Under the pieces are notes generated by a model. It did not search any database. It saw only the letters and a program-made list of their open reading frames with translations, and was not told the origin of the DNA. A stretch of DNA of 64,000 nt from Eledone cirrhosa (lineage: Eukaryota), in the NCBI GenBank assembly GCA_964016885.1, contig OZ024740.1:212598001-212662000 (forward strand). The letters run 5' to 3'. The position numbers and the translations under genes were made by a program. Of this stretch, positions 25,701-38,651 are shown in pieces. Each line of letters starts with the position of its first letter. Position 1 is the stretch's first letter.

Positions 25701-28690
25701 TCCATAACATTACATGACAGAGTTTCATCTCGCGCTCTCTCTCTCGTTTCATCTCGCTCTCTCGTTTCATCTCGCTCTCTCGTTTCATCTCGCTTTCTCG
25801 TTTCATCTCGCTCTCTCGTTTCATCTCGCTCTCTCGTTTCATCTCGCTCTCTCGTTTCATCTCTGTCTTCCTCTCTCTCGTTCCATCTCTCTCTTCCTCT
25901 CTCTTGTTCCATCTCTCTCTTCCTCTCTCTTGTTTCATCTCTATCTCTCTCTCTCGTTTCATCTCTATCTCCCTCGTTTCATCTGTCTCTCTCTCTGTCG
26001 TTTCATCTCCCTCTATCTATCTCTCGCTCTCTCATTTCATCTCTCTCTCCCTCTAGTTTCATCTCGCTCTCTCTCTCCTGTTTCATCTCGCTCTCTACTC
26101 TCGTTTCCTCTCTGTCGTTTCCTCTCTCTCATTTCCTCTCTCTCGTTTCCTCTCTCTCGTTTCATCTCTCTCGTTTCATCTCTCTCTCGTTTCATCTCTC
26201 TATGTCTCATTTCATCTCGCTCTCTCTGTCTCGTTTCATCTCGCTCTCACTCTCTCGTTTCATCTCACTCTCTCTCTCTCATTTCGTCTCACTCTCTCTC
26301 TCTCTCATTTCATCTCGCTCTCTCTCTCTCTCGTTTCATCTCGCTCTCTCTCTATCTCGTTTCATCTCTGTCTTCCTCTCTCTCGTTTCATCTCTCTCTT
26401 CCTTTCTCTCGTTCTATCTCTCTCTTCCTCTCTCTCTCGTTTCATCTCTCTCTCTCGTTTCATCTCTATCTCCCTCGTTTCATCTGTCTCTCTCTCTGTC
26501 ATTTCATCTCGCACTCTCTCTCTCTCTCATTTCATCTCGCTCTCTCTCTCTCTCATTTCATCTCGCTCTCTCTCTCTCTCTCTCATTTCATCTCGCACTC
26601 ACTCTCTCGTTTCATCTCGCTCTCTCTGTCTCGTTCCATCTCGCTCTCTCTCTCTCGTTTCATCTCGCTCTCTCTCTCTCGTTTCATCTCGCTCTCTCTC
26701 TCTCTCATTTCATCTCACACTCTCTGTCTCGTTTCATCTCGCTCTCTCTCTGTCTCGTTTCATCTCGCTCTCTCTCTCTCTCATTTCATCTCGCTCTCTC
26801 TGTCTCGTTTCATCCCGTCCTCTCTGTCTCGTTTCATCTCGCTCTCTCGTTTCATCTCGCTCTCCCTGTCTCGTTTCATCTCGCTCTCACTCTCATTTCA
26901 TCTTGCTCTCTCTCTCTCTTCCTCTCTCTCTCTTGTTTCAACACTCTAATCCCTCACTTGTTTTATCTCTCTCTAATCCCTCACTTGTTTCATCTTTCTC
27001 AGAATTATTAGCCACAGGGGCCGAGATGTCCATAACATTACATGACAGATTTATTAGCCACAGGGGCAGAGATGTCCATAACATTACGTGACAGATTTAT
27101 TAGTCACAGGGGCAGAGATGACCATAAGATTACATGAGAGAATTATTAGCCACAGGGGCAGAGATGTCCATAACATTACTTGACATAATTATTAGCCACA
27201 GGGGCAGAGATGTCCATAACATTACATGACAGATATATTAGCCACAGGGGCAGAGATGTCCATAACAGTACATGACAGAATTATTAGCCACAGGGGCAGA
27301 TATGTCCATAACATTACATGACAGAATTATTAGCCACAGGGGCAGAGATGTCCATAACATTACATGACAGATTTATTAGCCACAGGGGCAGAGGTGACCA
27401 TAACATTACATGACAGAATTATTAGCCACAGGGGCAGAGATGACCATAACATTACATGACAGATTTATTAGCCCCAGGGGCAGATATGTCCATAACATTA
27501 CATGACAGAATTATTAGCCCCAGGGGCAGATATGTCCATAACATTACATGGCAGAGTTTCATCTCGCTCTCTCTCTCTCTCTCTCGTTTCATCTCGCTCT
27601 CTCGTTTCATCTCGCTCTGTCTCTCTCTCGTTTCATCTCTGTCTTCCTCACTCTTGTTTCATCTCTGTCTTCCTCTCTCTCGTTCCATCTCGCTCTCTCG
27701 TTTCATCTCGCTCTCTACTCTCGTTTCCTCTCTCTCGTTTCCTCTCTCTTGTTTCCTCTCTCTCTCGTTTCCTCTCTCTCTCGTTTCATCTATCTATGTC
27801 TCATTTCATCTCGCTCTCTCTCTCTCTCATTTCATCTCGCTCTCTCTCTCATTTCATCTCGCTCTCACTCTCTCGTTTCATCTCGCTCTCTCTGTCTCAT
27901 TCCATCTCGCTCTCACTCTCTCGTTTCATCACGCTCTCTCTCTCTCGTTTCATCTCGCTCTCTCTCTCATTTCATCTCGCTCTCTCTGTCTCGTTTCATC
28001 ATGCTCTCTCTCTCTCTCATTTCATCTCGCTCTCTCTGTCTCGTTTCATCCCGCTCTCTCTGTCTCGTTTCATCTCGCTTTCTCTCTCTCATTTCATCTC
28101 GCTCTCTCTCTCTCATTTCATCTCGCTCTCACTCTCTCGTTTCATCTCGCTCTCTCTGTCTCATTCCATCTCGCTCTCACTCTCTCGTTTCATCTCGCTC
28201 TCCCTCTCTCGTTTCATCTCGCTCTCACCCTCTCATTTCATCTCGCTCTCACTCTCTCTTCCTTTCTCTCTCTTGTTTCAACACTCTAATACCTCACTTG
28301 TTTCATCTCTCTCTAATCCCTCACATGTTTCATCTCTCTCTTGTTTCAATTCTTTCTCTCTCTCTCTCTCTCTCCCTCTCTCTTTCACTCCCCTCTCTCT
28401 TTCTCTCCCTTCTCTCTCTTGTTTCATCCCCCTCTCTTCCTCTCTCTCTCTTCCTCTCTCTCTCTTCCTCTCTCTCTCTCTCTCTTCCTCTCTCTTTCAC
28501 ACTCTATCTCCAACTCGTTTCATCACTCTCTCCCCTCTCTCCCCTCACCCTCTTGTTTCAACTCTCTCCTCATTTCAACTCTCTCTCTCTCCTCTCGTTT
28601 CAACTCTCTCTCTCTCCACTCGTTTCAACTCTCTCCTCTCTTGTTTCAACTCTCACCTCTCGTTTCAACTCTCTCTCTCTCTCTGTCTCC
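19729..28690. repeat. Composite macrosatellite: six cycles of 46-bp minisatellite block + 0.8-1.4 kb CT-rich compound block
   Basis: Unit CAGAATTATTAGCCACAGGGGCAGAGATGTCCATAACATTACATGA in blocks starting ~19729, 20986, 22491, 23971, 25582 and 27000. CT blocks are built on CTCGTTTCATCTCGCTCTCT with conserved start and end motifs. Confidence 0.95.
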
Positions 28691-28887
28691 AATGTGTAAT
28701 AAACCGTGACTCATATATATATACCGAAGAATGTACATAAACACATACATACACGCATGTGTATATATATATACATACATGTGTCTCTCTCTCTCCCTAT
28801 ATATATGTACATATGTGTAAATATGTACATACATATTAGTGTATATATATTGCTATCTATATGCATATTTGTATAATTATACTGTAT

Positions 28888-29059
28888 GGTGAATTGGCAG
28901 TATCGGTAGAGGGTCTGATGCCATGCTTTCCAGCATAGTTACGTCCGTTTACGATCCGAGGTTAACTTTGACTTTCATCCTTACGGGGTCGATAAAATAA
29001 AGTACCAGTAATGTACTGGTTAATTGCTGACCTTGTACCTAAAATAGAAACAATTATTA
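28888..29059 (+). mobile_element. SINE (internal deletion at B box)
   Basis: Matches the SINE consensus seen elsewhere in the window. Confidence 0.85.
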
Positions 29060-29254
29060 GTTCAAAGAGAAACCACCATCATAGAGAAACCACCATCCTA
29101 CCTGAAATATTATGTTATCATATTAAATATTTCTTATACTGTCATGTTTTTTCTTTAAAACGATTGCATCTCAATAAAGTGAAGAAAACTATTATATACT
29201 GTTGTTATATCATTATACTTTAGTTTTAACTTATTATTTCTATGTGTATAAATA

Positions 29255-29438
29255 TAATTGTTTCTACTTTAGGCACAAGGCCAGCAATTACCCAGTGCAT
29301 TACTGGTACTTTATTTTATCGACCCCGTAAGGATGAAAGGCAAAGTCAACCTCGGCGGGATTTGAACTCAGATCGTAAAGGGACGTAACTATGCTGGAAA
29401 GCATGGCGTCCGACCCTCTACCGATACTGCCAATCCAC
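29255..29438 (-). mobile_element. SINE, full length, reverse orientation
   Basis: Near-exact reverse complement of the 12885 SINE. Confidence 0.9.
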
Positions 29439-29765
29439 AAGTGTGTTTGAAAATATATAATAATAATATGCATGTTTGAAGCAGGGTTCAACTGAAATAT
29501 CTACACCGGTAACTTAATTAGTGTTACACCTTAGGCATAAACTATTTGGCATTCTTTGAAGGAGGTACTAGGTTTCTCGCTGTCTTAAATGGAGTATACA
29601 CGCGCACACGATGCATATATATAAATTGTTTTTCTCTGTACAAAGAGATTGACATCATTTCTTAAATCATTATTTAGGGTTTTACAACAAAACATATTGT
29701 ATGTGTGTGTAATTATACAAATTGAATTTAAGTATTTATTTTAAAATTTTACATACACTTTAGTA

Positions 29766-29832
<67 letters not shown>

Positions 29833-29836
29833 TTTG

Positions 29837-31662
29837 TGATGCCATGCATTGTATTGTACACTTCGACATATGGATTACATTCATGCAACACCTCTCTTAT
29901 CATAGCCATTTTTTGTGGTGAGCAGTCATTATTTGTTGGTACTAGGGCGGTGGATTGGCAGTATCGGTAGAGCGCCAGACACCATGCTTTGCAGCATAGG
30001 GTTATGGCCCTTTACGTTCTGGGTTCAAATCCCTCCAAGGTTGACTTTGTTTTCATCCTTATGAGGTCGATAGAATAAAGTACCAGTAATTGCTGGCCTT
30101 GTGCCAGAAACAATTATTTGGTTGTACTTCCAATCTGTGCTACACACCTTCGTTCCCATCAATAATATATAACTGGCCATATTGTGGTGTATTTTCTGCA
30201 GGTTACAGAGGTGGGGGTGTAGTGATATGTTTGACCCTGAATATGAAAGCTATACGGGCCTCTGCTGGGTGGTAACACCAAATGAAGTGAAATAAATGTA
30301 GTTTTAATTGCAGATGTTTCTGTGAAATCAACTGCTTCCTGGCCTCTTTCAAAGAGATTTCTCAGTCTCTCAGGGTATATTTGCAATGGTGGCAACACAA
30401 CCTTTCCTTTATTACAACAGTTACAATTTTCATTTCTAAATTTCAAAGCTCCACAGTGATCACATGAAACATTCATATCACTAATATGAAATTCTTCTAC
30501 ATTTCCATTAATATTAATTGTTGGCCAATTTCTCTCACGACGCTCATTATCCATTCTTCTCTGTCTAAAATGTTTTCCATTCTAAGTCTATTTGCATGGA
30601 ATAATTATATTCTGTTGTTTATTATGTAATTAAATAGCTCTATACAATACATAGAGCATTCTTCTTTTCTTTACCTTTTCTATGGAAATACAAGAACAAA
30701 TATATATATATATGTATATATGTGTGTATATACATAAACAAGACTGTTATTGCTCCAACCAGTCTATTTACCTTTGATAACTATCCTAAATATAAATACA
30801 CCTATACCATACATACATATATCATATATGTTTTTGATGCCGTGGTATAGCAGAGATAAGCAAGAAGAGAAAAGAAAATGAAAAGGAGAAAAAAAAAGAA
30901 GTAAGAAGTCGGGGGAGGGACAGACTCTTCGCCCCAGTCTAAGTGGTCCCTCAGCCGCAACCCGTGGAAGAAACGTAAAAGCGTTACCTTGGAGCAAGGC
31001 CAGAGACACCTGCTACAATAGTCGCCCCTCCTCATGAGGCTCCTGCCGTCTTTCCTCCCGACTTTATGGAGGAAATCAGCAGTACAGGGACCAAGTATGG
31101 CAGAGGTCTCAATGGAGTGGAAGAGGTGAGTCAGGCCTTGGTACTATCTTACTCTCCTCTGCGTTGCAGGGTGTGGAGCCTAGGTTTGTGACTGTAGCTA
31201 TATTTGAACTTTTATATGAAATTTCAGTTTTATATTTTTCACATCTTAAAACTTAATCTTAGTCTTTTGCAGCTCATCTAGTTTCATCTCACAGCACACG
31301 ATTTGGGAACCACTGCTCTAGAGATAGAAAAAGTATATTTTATGCAAGGCTTCCTTGAGACATAAAAACTATTTCAAGAGATCAACATGGGTAGAAAGGT
31401 TGAGAAATGCTGCTCAATGTTCTTTGGTTTTTGTTCACCTTTAAATAATCATGTATAAAATATCGGGTGTGCAAGATTTCATGAAAAGGTATAACATTAT
31501 TTATGCTGATCTTGCAGGGACTAGCTCCAATTGAGAGTTGTACCAATTCCCACTAAACTCGAAACTCCTGGACAATATATACATATCTTTATAAGTTCCT
31601 GTGTATTGTGTCGGTGTATAATGAAACATAAATATATACCATGCATGTCAGTCAGATTTGAA
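29837..31662. repeat. Segmental duplication copy 2 (Helitron N-terminal fragment + SINE + spacer)
   Basis: ORF 30159-30554(-) repeats the CDHCGA...CCNKGKV peptide. Colinear with 17917-19728. Confidence 0.95.
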
Positions 31663-33484
31663 CAGAATTATTAGCCACAGGGGCAGAGATGTCCATAACA
31701 TTACATGTCAGAATTATTAGCCACAGGGGCAGAGATGTCCATAACATTACATGTCAGAATTATTAGCCACAGGGGCAGAGATGTCCATAACATTACATGA
31801 CAGAATTATTAGCCACAGGGGCAGAGGTGTCCATAACATTACATGACGGATTTATTAGCCCCAGGGGCAGAGGTGACCATAACATTACATGACGGAATGA
31901 TTAGCCCCAGGGGCAGAGATGTCCATAACATTACATGACAAGAGTTTCATCTCGCGCTGTCTCTCTCTCGTTTCATCTCGCTCTCACTCTCTTTCATTTC
32001 ATCTCTGTCTTCCTCTCGTTTCATCTCTATCTCTCTCTCTCGTTTCATCTCTATCTCCCTCGTTTCATCTGTCTCTCTCTCTGTCGTTTCATCTCCCTCT
32101 ATCTATCTCTCGCTCTCTCGTTTCATCTCTCTCTCGCTCTCATTTCATCTCGCTCTCTCTCTCCTGTTTCATCTCGCTCTCTACTCTCGTTTCCTCTCTC
32201 TCGTTTCCTCTCTCTCTCGTTTCCTCTCTCTCTCGTTTCATCTCTCTCTCGTTTCATCTCTCTGTCTCATTTCATCTCGCTCTCTCTCTCTCTCTCTCAT
32301 TTCATCTCGCTCTCTCTCTCTCATTTCATCTCGCTCTCACTCTCTCTCATTTCATCTCGCTCTCACTCTCTCGTTTCATCTCGCTCTCTCTGTCTCGTTC
32401 CATCTCACTCTCACTCTCTCGTTTCATCTCGCTCTCTCTCTCTCTCATTTCATCTCGCTCTCTCTGTCTCGATTCATCCCGCTCTCTCTGTCTCATTTCA
32501 TCTCGCTCTCTCTCATTTCATCTCGCTCTCTCTCATTTCATCTCGCTCTCTCTCTCTCTCATTTCATCTCGCTCTCACTCTCTCGTTTCATCTCGCTCTC
32601 TCTGTCTCGTTCCATCTCGCTCTCACTCTCTCGTTTCATCTCGCTCTCTCTCGTTTCATCTCGCTCTCTCTGTCTCGTTTCATCTCGCTCTCTCTCTCTC
32701 TCATTTCATCTCGCTCTCTCTGTCTCGTTTCATCCCGTCTTCTCTGTCTCGTTTCATCTCGCTCTCTCTCTCTCATTTCGTCTCGCTCTCTCATTTCATC
32801 TCGCTCTCTCTCTCTCGTTTCATCTCGCTCTCACTCGCTCGCTTCATCTCGCTCTCACATTTCATCTCGCTCTCACTCTCTCATTTCATCTCGCTCTCTC
32901 TCTCTCTTCCTCTCTCTCTCTTGTTTCAACACTCTAATCCCTCACTTGTTTTATCTCTCTCTAATCCCTCACTTGTTTCATCTCTCTCAGAATTATTAGC
33001 CACAGGGGCAGAGATGTCCATAACATTACATGTCAGAATTATTAGCCACAGGGTCAGAGATGTCCATAACATTACATGTCAGAATTATTAGCCAAAGGGG
33101 CAGAGATGTCCATAACATTACATGTCAGAATTATTAGCCACAGGGGCAGAGATGTCCATAACATTACATGACATAATTATTAGCCACAGGGGCAGAGATG
33201 TCCATAACATTACATGAAAGAATTATTAGCCACAGGGGCAGAGATGTCCATAACATTACATGACAGATTTATTAGCCACATGGGCAGAGGTGACCATAAC
33301 ATTACATGACAGAATTATTAGCCACAGGGGCAGAGATGTCCATAACATTACATGTCAGAATTATTAGCCACAGGGGCAGAGATGTCCATAACATTACATG
33401 ACAGATTTATTAGCCCCAGGGGCAGAGATGTCCATAACATTACATGACAAGAGTTTCATCTCGCGCTGTCTCTCTCTCGTTTCA

Positions 33485-33521
<37 letters not shown>

Positions 33522-34778
33522 TCATCTCTGTCTTCCTCTCTCTTGTTTCATCTCTGTCTTCCTCTCGTTTCATCTCTATCTATCTCTCTCGTTTCATCTC
33601 TATCTCCCCCGTTTCATCTGTCTCTCTCTCTGTCGTTTCATCTCCCTCTATCTATCTCTCGCTCTCTCGTTTCATCTCTCTCTCCCTCTCATTTCATCTC
33701 GCTCTCTCTGTCTCGATTCATCCCGCTCTCTCTGTCTCATTTCATCTCGCTCTCTCTCTCTCTCATTTCATCTCGCTCTCTCTCTCTCTCATTTCATCTC
33801 GCTCTCTCTCTCTCTCATTTCATCTCGCTCTCACTCTCTCGTTTCATCTCGCTCTCTCTGTCTCGTTCCATCTCGCTCTCACTCTCTCGTTTCATCTCGC
33901 TCTCTCTCTCTCTCATTTCATCTTGCTCTCTCTGTCTCGTTTCATCTCGCTCTCTCTGTCTCGTTTCATCTCGCTCTCTCTCTCTCTCTCATTTCATCTC
34001 GCTCTCTCTGTCTCGTTTCATCCCGTCTTCTCTGTCTCGTTTCATCTCGCTCTCTCTCTCTCATTTCGTCTCGCTTTCTCTCTCTCATTTCATCTCGCTC
34101 TCTCTCTCTCTCTCTCGTTTCATCTCGCTCTCACTCTCTCGCTTCATCTCGCTCTCACGTTTCATCTCACTCTCACTCTCTCATTTCATCTCGCTCTCTC
34201 TCTCTCTTCCTCTCTCTCTCTTGTTTCAACACTCTAATCCCTCACTTGTTTTATCTCTCTCTAATCCCTCACTTGTTTCATCTCTCTCAGAATTATTAGC
34301 CACAGGGGCAGAGATGTCCATAACATTACATGTCAGAATTATTAGCCACAGGGTCAGAGATGTCCATAACATTACATGTCAGTATTATTAACCACGGGGG
34401 CAGAGATGTCTATAACATTACATGTCAGAATTATTAGCCACACGGGCAGAGATGTCCATAACATTACATGACATAATTATTAGCCACAGGGGCAGAGATG
34501 ACCATAACATTACATGACAGATTTATTAGCCCCAGGGGCAGAGATGTCCATAACATTACATGACAGAATTATTAGCCACAGGGGCAGAGATGTCCATAAC
34601 ATTACATGTCAGAATTATTAGCCACAGGGGCAGAGATGTCCATAACATTACATGTCAGAATTATTAGCCACAGGGGCAGAGATGTCCATAACATTACATG
34701 ACAGAATTATTAGCCACAGGGGCAGAGATGTCCATAACATTACATGACAGATTTATTAGCCACAGGGGCAGAGGTGAC
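31663..34778. repeat. Second composite macrosatellite array (three 46-bp blocks, two CT-rich blocks)
   Basis: 46-bp blocks at ~31663, 32988 and 34288. The last unit is truncated at GAGGTGAC by LINE sequence. Confidence 0.95.
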
Positions 34779-36670
34779 TAATCTCTGTCTCAGCCTCAGC
34801 GCATGTTTGCACATCATCAGCCATGGCATACCTAGTCCTCCACGCAACGGGTGTTGACAGCTAATGGATTGTGTGACCATGAGAGCACGTCCCTTCCACA
34901 AAAAGCGGAAGAGAAGGCGCTCCATTTTGGTCAGAGTTGGTCGGGGGCAAGGTACGACGGTCAGGTGGTAGCAGATGACGGACGCTATGTACGCATTCGC
35001 CACCTCCGCCCGACCTTTCAGAGACAGCCTCCTCTCGGCCCATTTCTGGGTGAGAGAGGCCACCCTGCTCGTCACCTCGCTCCAGTTTTTCTCTATCTGG
35101 AGGTCCGGAGCAAACCAGACCCCGAGCAATTTAACCGGTCCTTCCGTCCAGCGCCCCATGACGCTGTCGGACAGCATTGACCTGCCTCTCCAGGTGCCGA
35201 GTTGCAAGCTCACCGACTTTTCCTGGTTTTTCTTTGCTCCTGTCACCGCAACGTATTTATTGAGAGCGGTGCTGAGCATCTGCACATCTTTGGTGATCGA
35301 CACCACCACGGTGACGTCATCGGCGTAAGCCGACATGGATCTCCCGCAACCCAGTTCGCGTGGGACCCCCCTCGTCGTCTCCAATTTGTACAGTAACGGC
35401 TCTAGGGCCAGTACGTACATGATGCTGAAAGGCTGCCACAAGTGACAATCCATCCTCACAACTGAGCAGATGTCGCTGTGCATCGCAGCGATCCAGCCCC
35501 TAAAAGCGGGCCCGAAGCCGGCCGCCTCGAGGACCGCAGCCAGGTTCCGATGGTCGACCCTATCAAATGCTTTAGATTGATCCAAGTTGATCAGGGCCCC
35601 ACCCTGCCAGGTTCCTTAACCACCCTCTCTATGATGTATCGCATGAGATGGAGGTTGTCGCGGATGGATCTGTCCTGAATGGCGCATGTATGCGCCTCTC
35701 CCATCAGATCACCGACGACAAGCGCCAATCTCATTGCTAACACCTTGGCCAAAATCTTAAACTCTGCGTATGGGCCTGAAGTTGTCTATAACGACGCCCT
35801 TGTTCGGGTCTTTTCTCAGAAGCGCCTCTGCTCCGCGGCTCACAAAACTGGGAATGCTCCCGTTCTGCTGCCAGTTGCAGTAGACATCTGCCAAGAGGTC
35901 GCCGAACAAGTATGGCATGTACGCATAAAGCTCGTAGGGCAGACCATTCAAACCTGGCAATTTACCCCTCATGCAGTCAGACATAGCTTCATGTATTTCA
36001 CCTGCTGTTATTGGCTTTTCCTAGCACTGCGCTGCGGTCATCGAGAGCCGCGACATTCCGTCGAGATATGCACCGAAATCCATATTCATTCCGGCCCGCC
36101 GCCGCTCCTAAACAATTGAGCAAAGGGCTGTTGAAAATCCGCACACATTTGCTCGGGTTCAAGCATCATGCGCCCGTTTTGATCAGGCAAAGACCGAATT
36201 GTGGACTTGTTGCCACATTGAACGGCTTTCGTGTCTATGAGCACGCGCTCTAGCTCTGACAACGCAGCCTTCATGCTTTGCGTTGAAGAATTGGTCGAGT
36301 GCCAATCTCGCCGCAAGCACGTCGGTTGTGATGCCTATCCTAAACCCTCTTCTAGCTTTCTAACTAAGTCTCTTTCTACTCTATTTTCCTCTATCACTAC
36401 TCCTTTACTAAACCTTATCGATTCTACTCTAATAGCCCTTTTCAGGGTAAACCACCACCTGTTGTTGACGATCGCACCCGTCAACGCACGCTTAACTAAT
36501 TCGCTAATCCGGTCTGTGTAAGCTTTGCGCGCCGAGAACGACGCGTTCAGCTTCCAGTAGCCGGCCCCTTGCCTATGGAGTTTATCTAAGTCAACTTCAC
36601 AGATCACATATTTGTGGTCCGTGTAGTCGACTACTTTAAACTGTGGACAACCTACACTAGCCTTATCTGT
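34779..36670 (-). mobile_element. L1/Tx1-clade LINE ORF2 fragment (APE C-terminus to RT), degenerate
   Basis: YTDHK..GAGYWKLNAS (endonuclease end), PGLNGLPYELY, NFRPI, DQSKAFDRVDH, YADD, KLLGVWF, RRLSLKGR and GGLGMP. Frameshifts split the ORFs. Confidence 0.92.
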
Positions 36671-36886
36671 TTAATAAGATGTTGCGATACAGTCTCCAAT
36701 ACTGTCTAGTTGTTACCAGGCGTTTTGCCCAATATAGGTATGTTATTTTTCTTAATTTAATATTTAAAGTTAAGGATAACAAACCATATTGCTGTAGTTA
36801 GTATTGTTTCACCCCAGCAAATTTGGTCCTTACGATTCGAACACATGTATGTTTATGTTAGTGTTCATCTCTCTTGTTTATTCAAT

Positions 36887-36921
<35 letters not shown>

Positions 36922-37010
36922 GCGGAAGGGATATTCAATTTGTTGGTAATTCAACAAATATTAATGTGTATAACTGATTCAGAGCACTCAACTGATTTCT
37001 GGAATATAAT

Positions 37011-37327
37011 ATACAATGATATTAAATAAATGGAAACTATATTTATAAAAACATATTTATTCTATTATATATATTTCGAGGGTACCAAAATTTTGGTATG
37101 CTATCGTCAGATAAAATACAAAATGTTTTATAAATATTTCACATAACCAGGTTCAAGTTATCTCTTTCCAGGGCTCCTTGGTTATCCTTGGTTATGTTAA
37201 ATATTTATAAAACATTTTGTATTTTATCTGACGATAGCGTACCAAAATTTTGGTACCCTTGAAATATATATAACAGAATAAATATGGTTTTATAAATATA
37301 GCTTCCATTTATTTAATATCATTGTAT
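37011..37327. mobile_element. ~140-bp inverted repeat, Penelope pseudo-LTR-like, each arm with a hammerhead-like motif
   Basis: 37011-37152 is the reverse complement of 37187-37327. Each arm contains CTGACGA-stem-GAAA. Confidence 0.75.
37058..37118 (-). ncRNA. Minimal type I hammerhead ribozyme-like motif (more degenerate mirror copy 37220-37280 +)
   Basis: TATTTTAT-CTGACGA-tagcataccaaaattttggtaccctc-GAAA-TATAT-ATA|ATAGAATA gives an 8-bp stem I, a palindromic stem III and an AUA triplet. Stem II has mismatches. Confidence 0.55.
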
Positions 37328-37335
37328 ATATATAA

Positions 37336-37396
<61 letters not shown>

Positions 37397-38620
37397 AATC
37401 TACCAAAATATACAGTAGTGTCCAATCCGTATGAAGAACACAATGTAATCCAAATATGAAAAAAGATGTATTCAAAAACTTTTTTCGATGAAAATCACAG
37501 GAAAACAGAGTCAAGGTAAATTAATAAAAACAATGAATAAAAACAAAGAAACAGTTCCTTATATTAAAAAATTCATCATTTTACGATCGTTTCTAGGATA
37601 TATATGTGTGTGTTGGTATGTATATCATATAGATCTATGTAAAAAATTTACAAACTATCAGAAGGAATATACATACCTACACATATATATATGCTGTCTT
37701 CCAACAAAGATTTAATATAATAGGTCTGTTTGGGAACAGGTTTTGAATTGACCAATAGAAAAGTAGTAAGTGGTCAAGTTGATAGAATAGTAGTAGTAGA
37801 AATTTAATTTAGGGTTAGAGGAATGCAGACTTCAGTTTTGAATGGAAAAAATACTTTGAATGAAAAGATTACTTTGGGGATGAAAAGACGTCAAGCCGGT
37901 GAAAGGTACACGAAAATTTTATGTTATTAAAGAATAATGCTAATGTTAAAATCGAAGGAGAATAACATTTTAGGATAAATGTGTTAGTGAGATATACCAA
38001 TCTTATTTAAAACATAAGGAATTTAGATCTATAAAAAGAAATTAAATTAATTTAATTGATAGGTATACTTATAGGGATAAATTTATATTAATTCATATAG
38101 ATGTGATAAATAAGAGTTAGATGTTATTAAATAATGTTGTTAAAAACGAAGGAAAAAAATGTTGGGGGGATAAATATATTAGTGAGAAATAACAAACTTA
38201 TATAGACTACAAGGAATTTAGATTCATAACAGGAAATTAAAATAGTTTAAATGTATACATATAGGTATTAATTTTAGGAAAAGATAGCTGTAAAGGGGAA
38301 ATAAAATTATGAAGTTCTTAGTAGTAAAATACTAATTATAGGTTAACTAAATTAAAAAAACTAATTATAATAATTTGTAAAATATAAGTGTAAGGTGCGT
38401 GCGTGATAATATTAATGTCATCCATAGTTAAGTTTGATCTATTTTTGGCAAATATTAAGGCTTTATTCGGGAGTGTGGGTGATATAGATGGATAATAAGC
38501 ATCTAGATGCTTAAATTAACTATAGGGATATAAGATATACGGAAGCGACAACCAAACAGTGAGTGTGTTTTATTATATATTTCTGGCACAATATTATAAC
38601 AATATAACCTACCCAAATAC

Positions 38621-38651
<31 letters not shown>

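Noticed and set aside
20093-28740. Long Ser/Leu-rich ORFs in all three + frames
   Set aside because: CT-rich low-complexity sequence simply lacks stop codons.
19729-34778. CRISPR-like appearance of the 46-bp repeats
   Set aside because: The repeats are head-to-tail with no unique spacers, there are no cas genes, and the context is eukaryotic.
37700-38500. Possible NUMT in an AT-rich stretch
   Set aside because: No recognisable mitochondrial gene or tRNA; only a diverged ~195-bp duplication (~37935 and ~38132).
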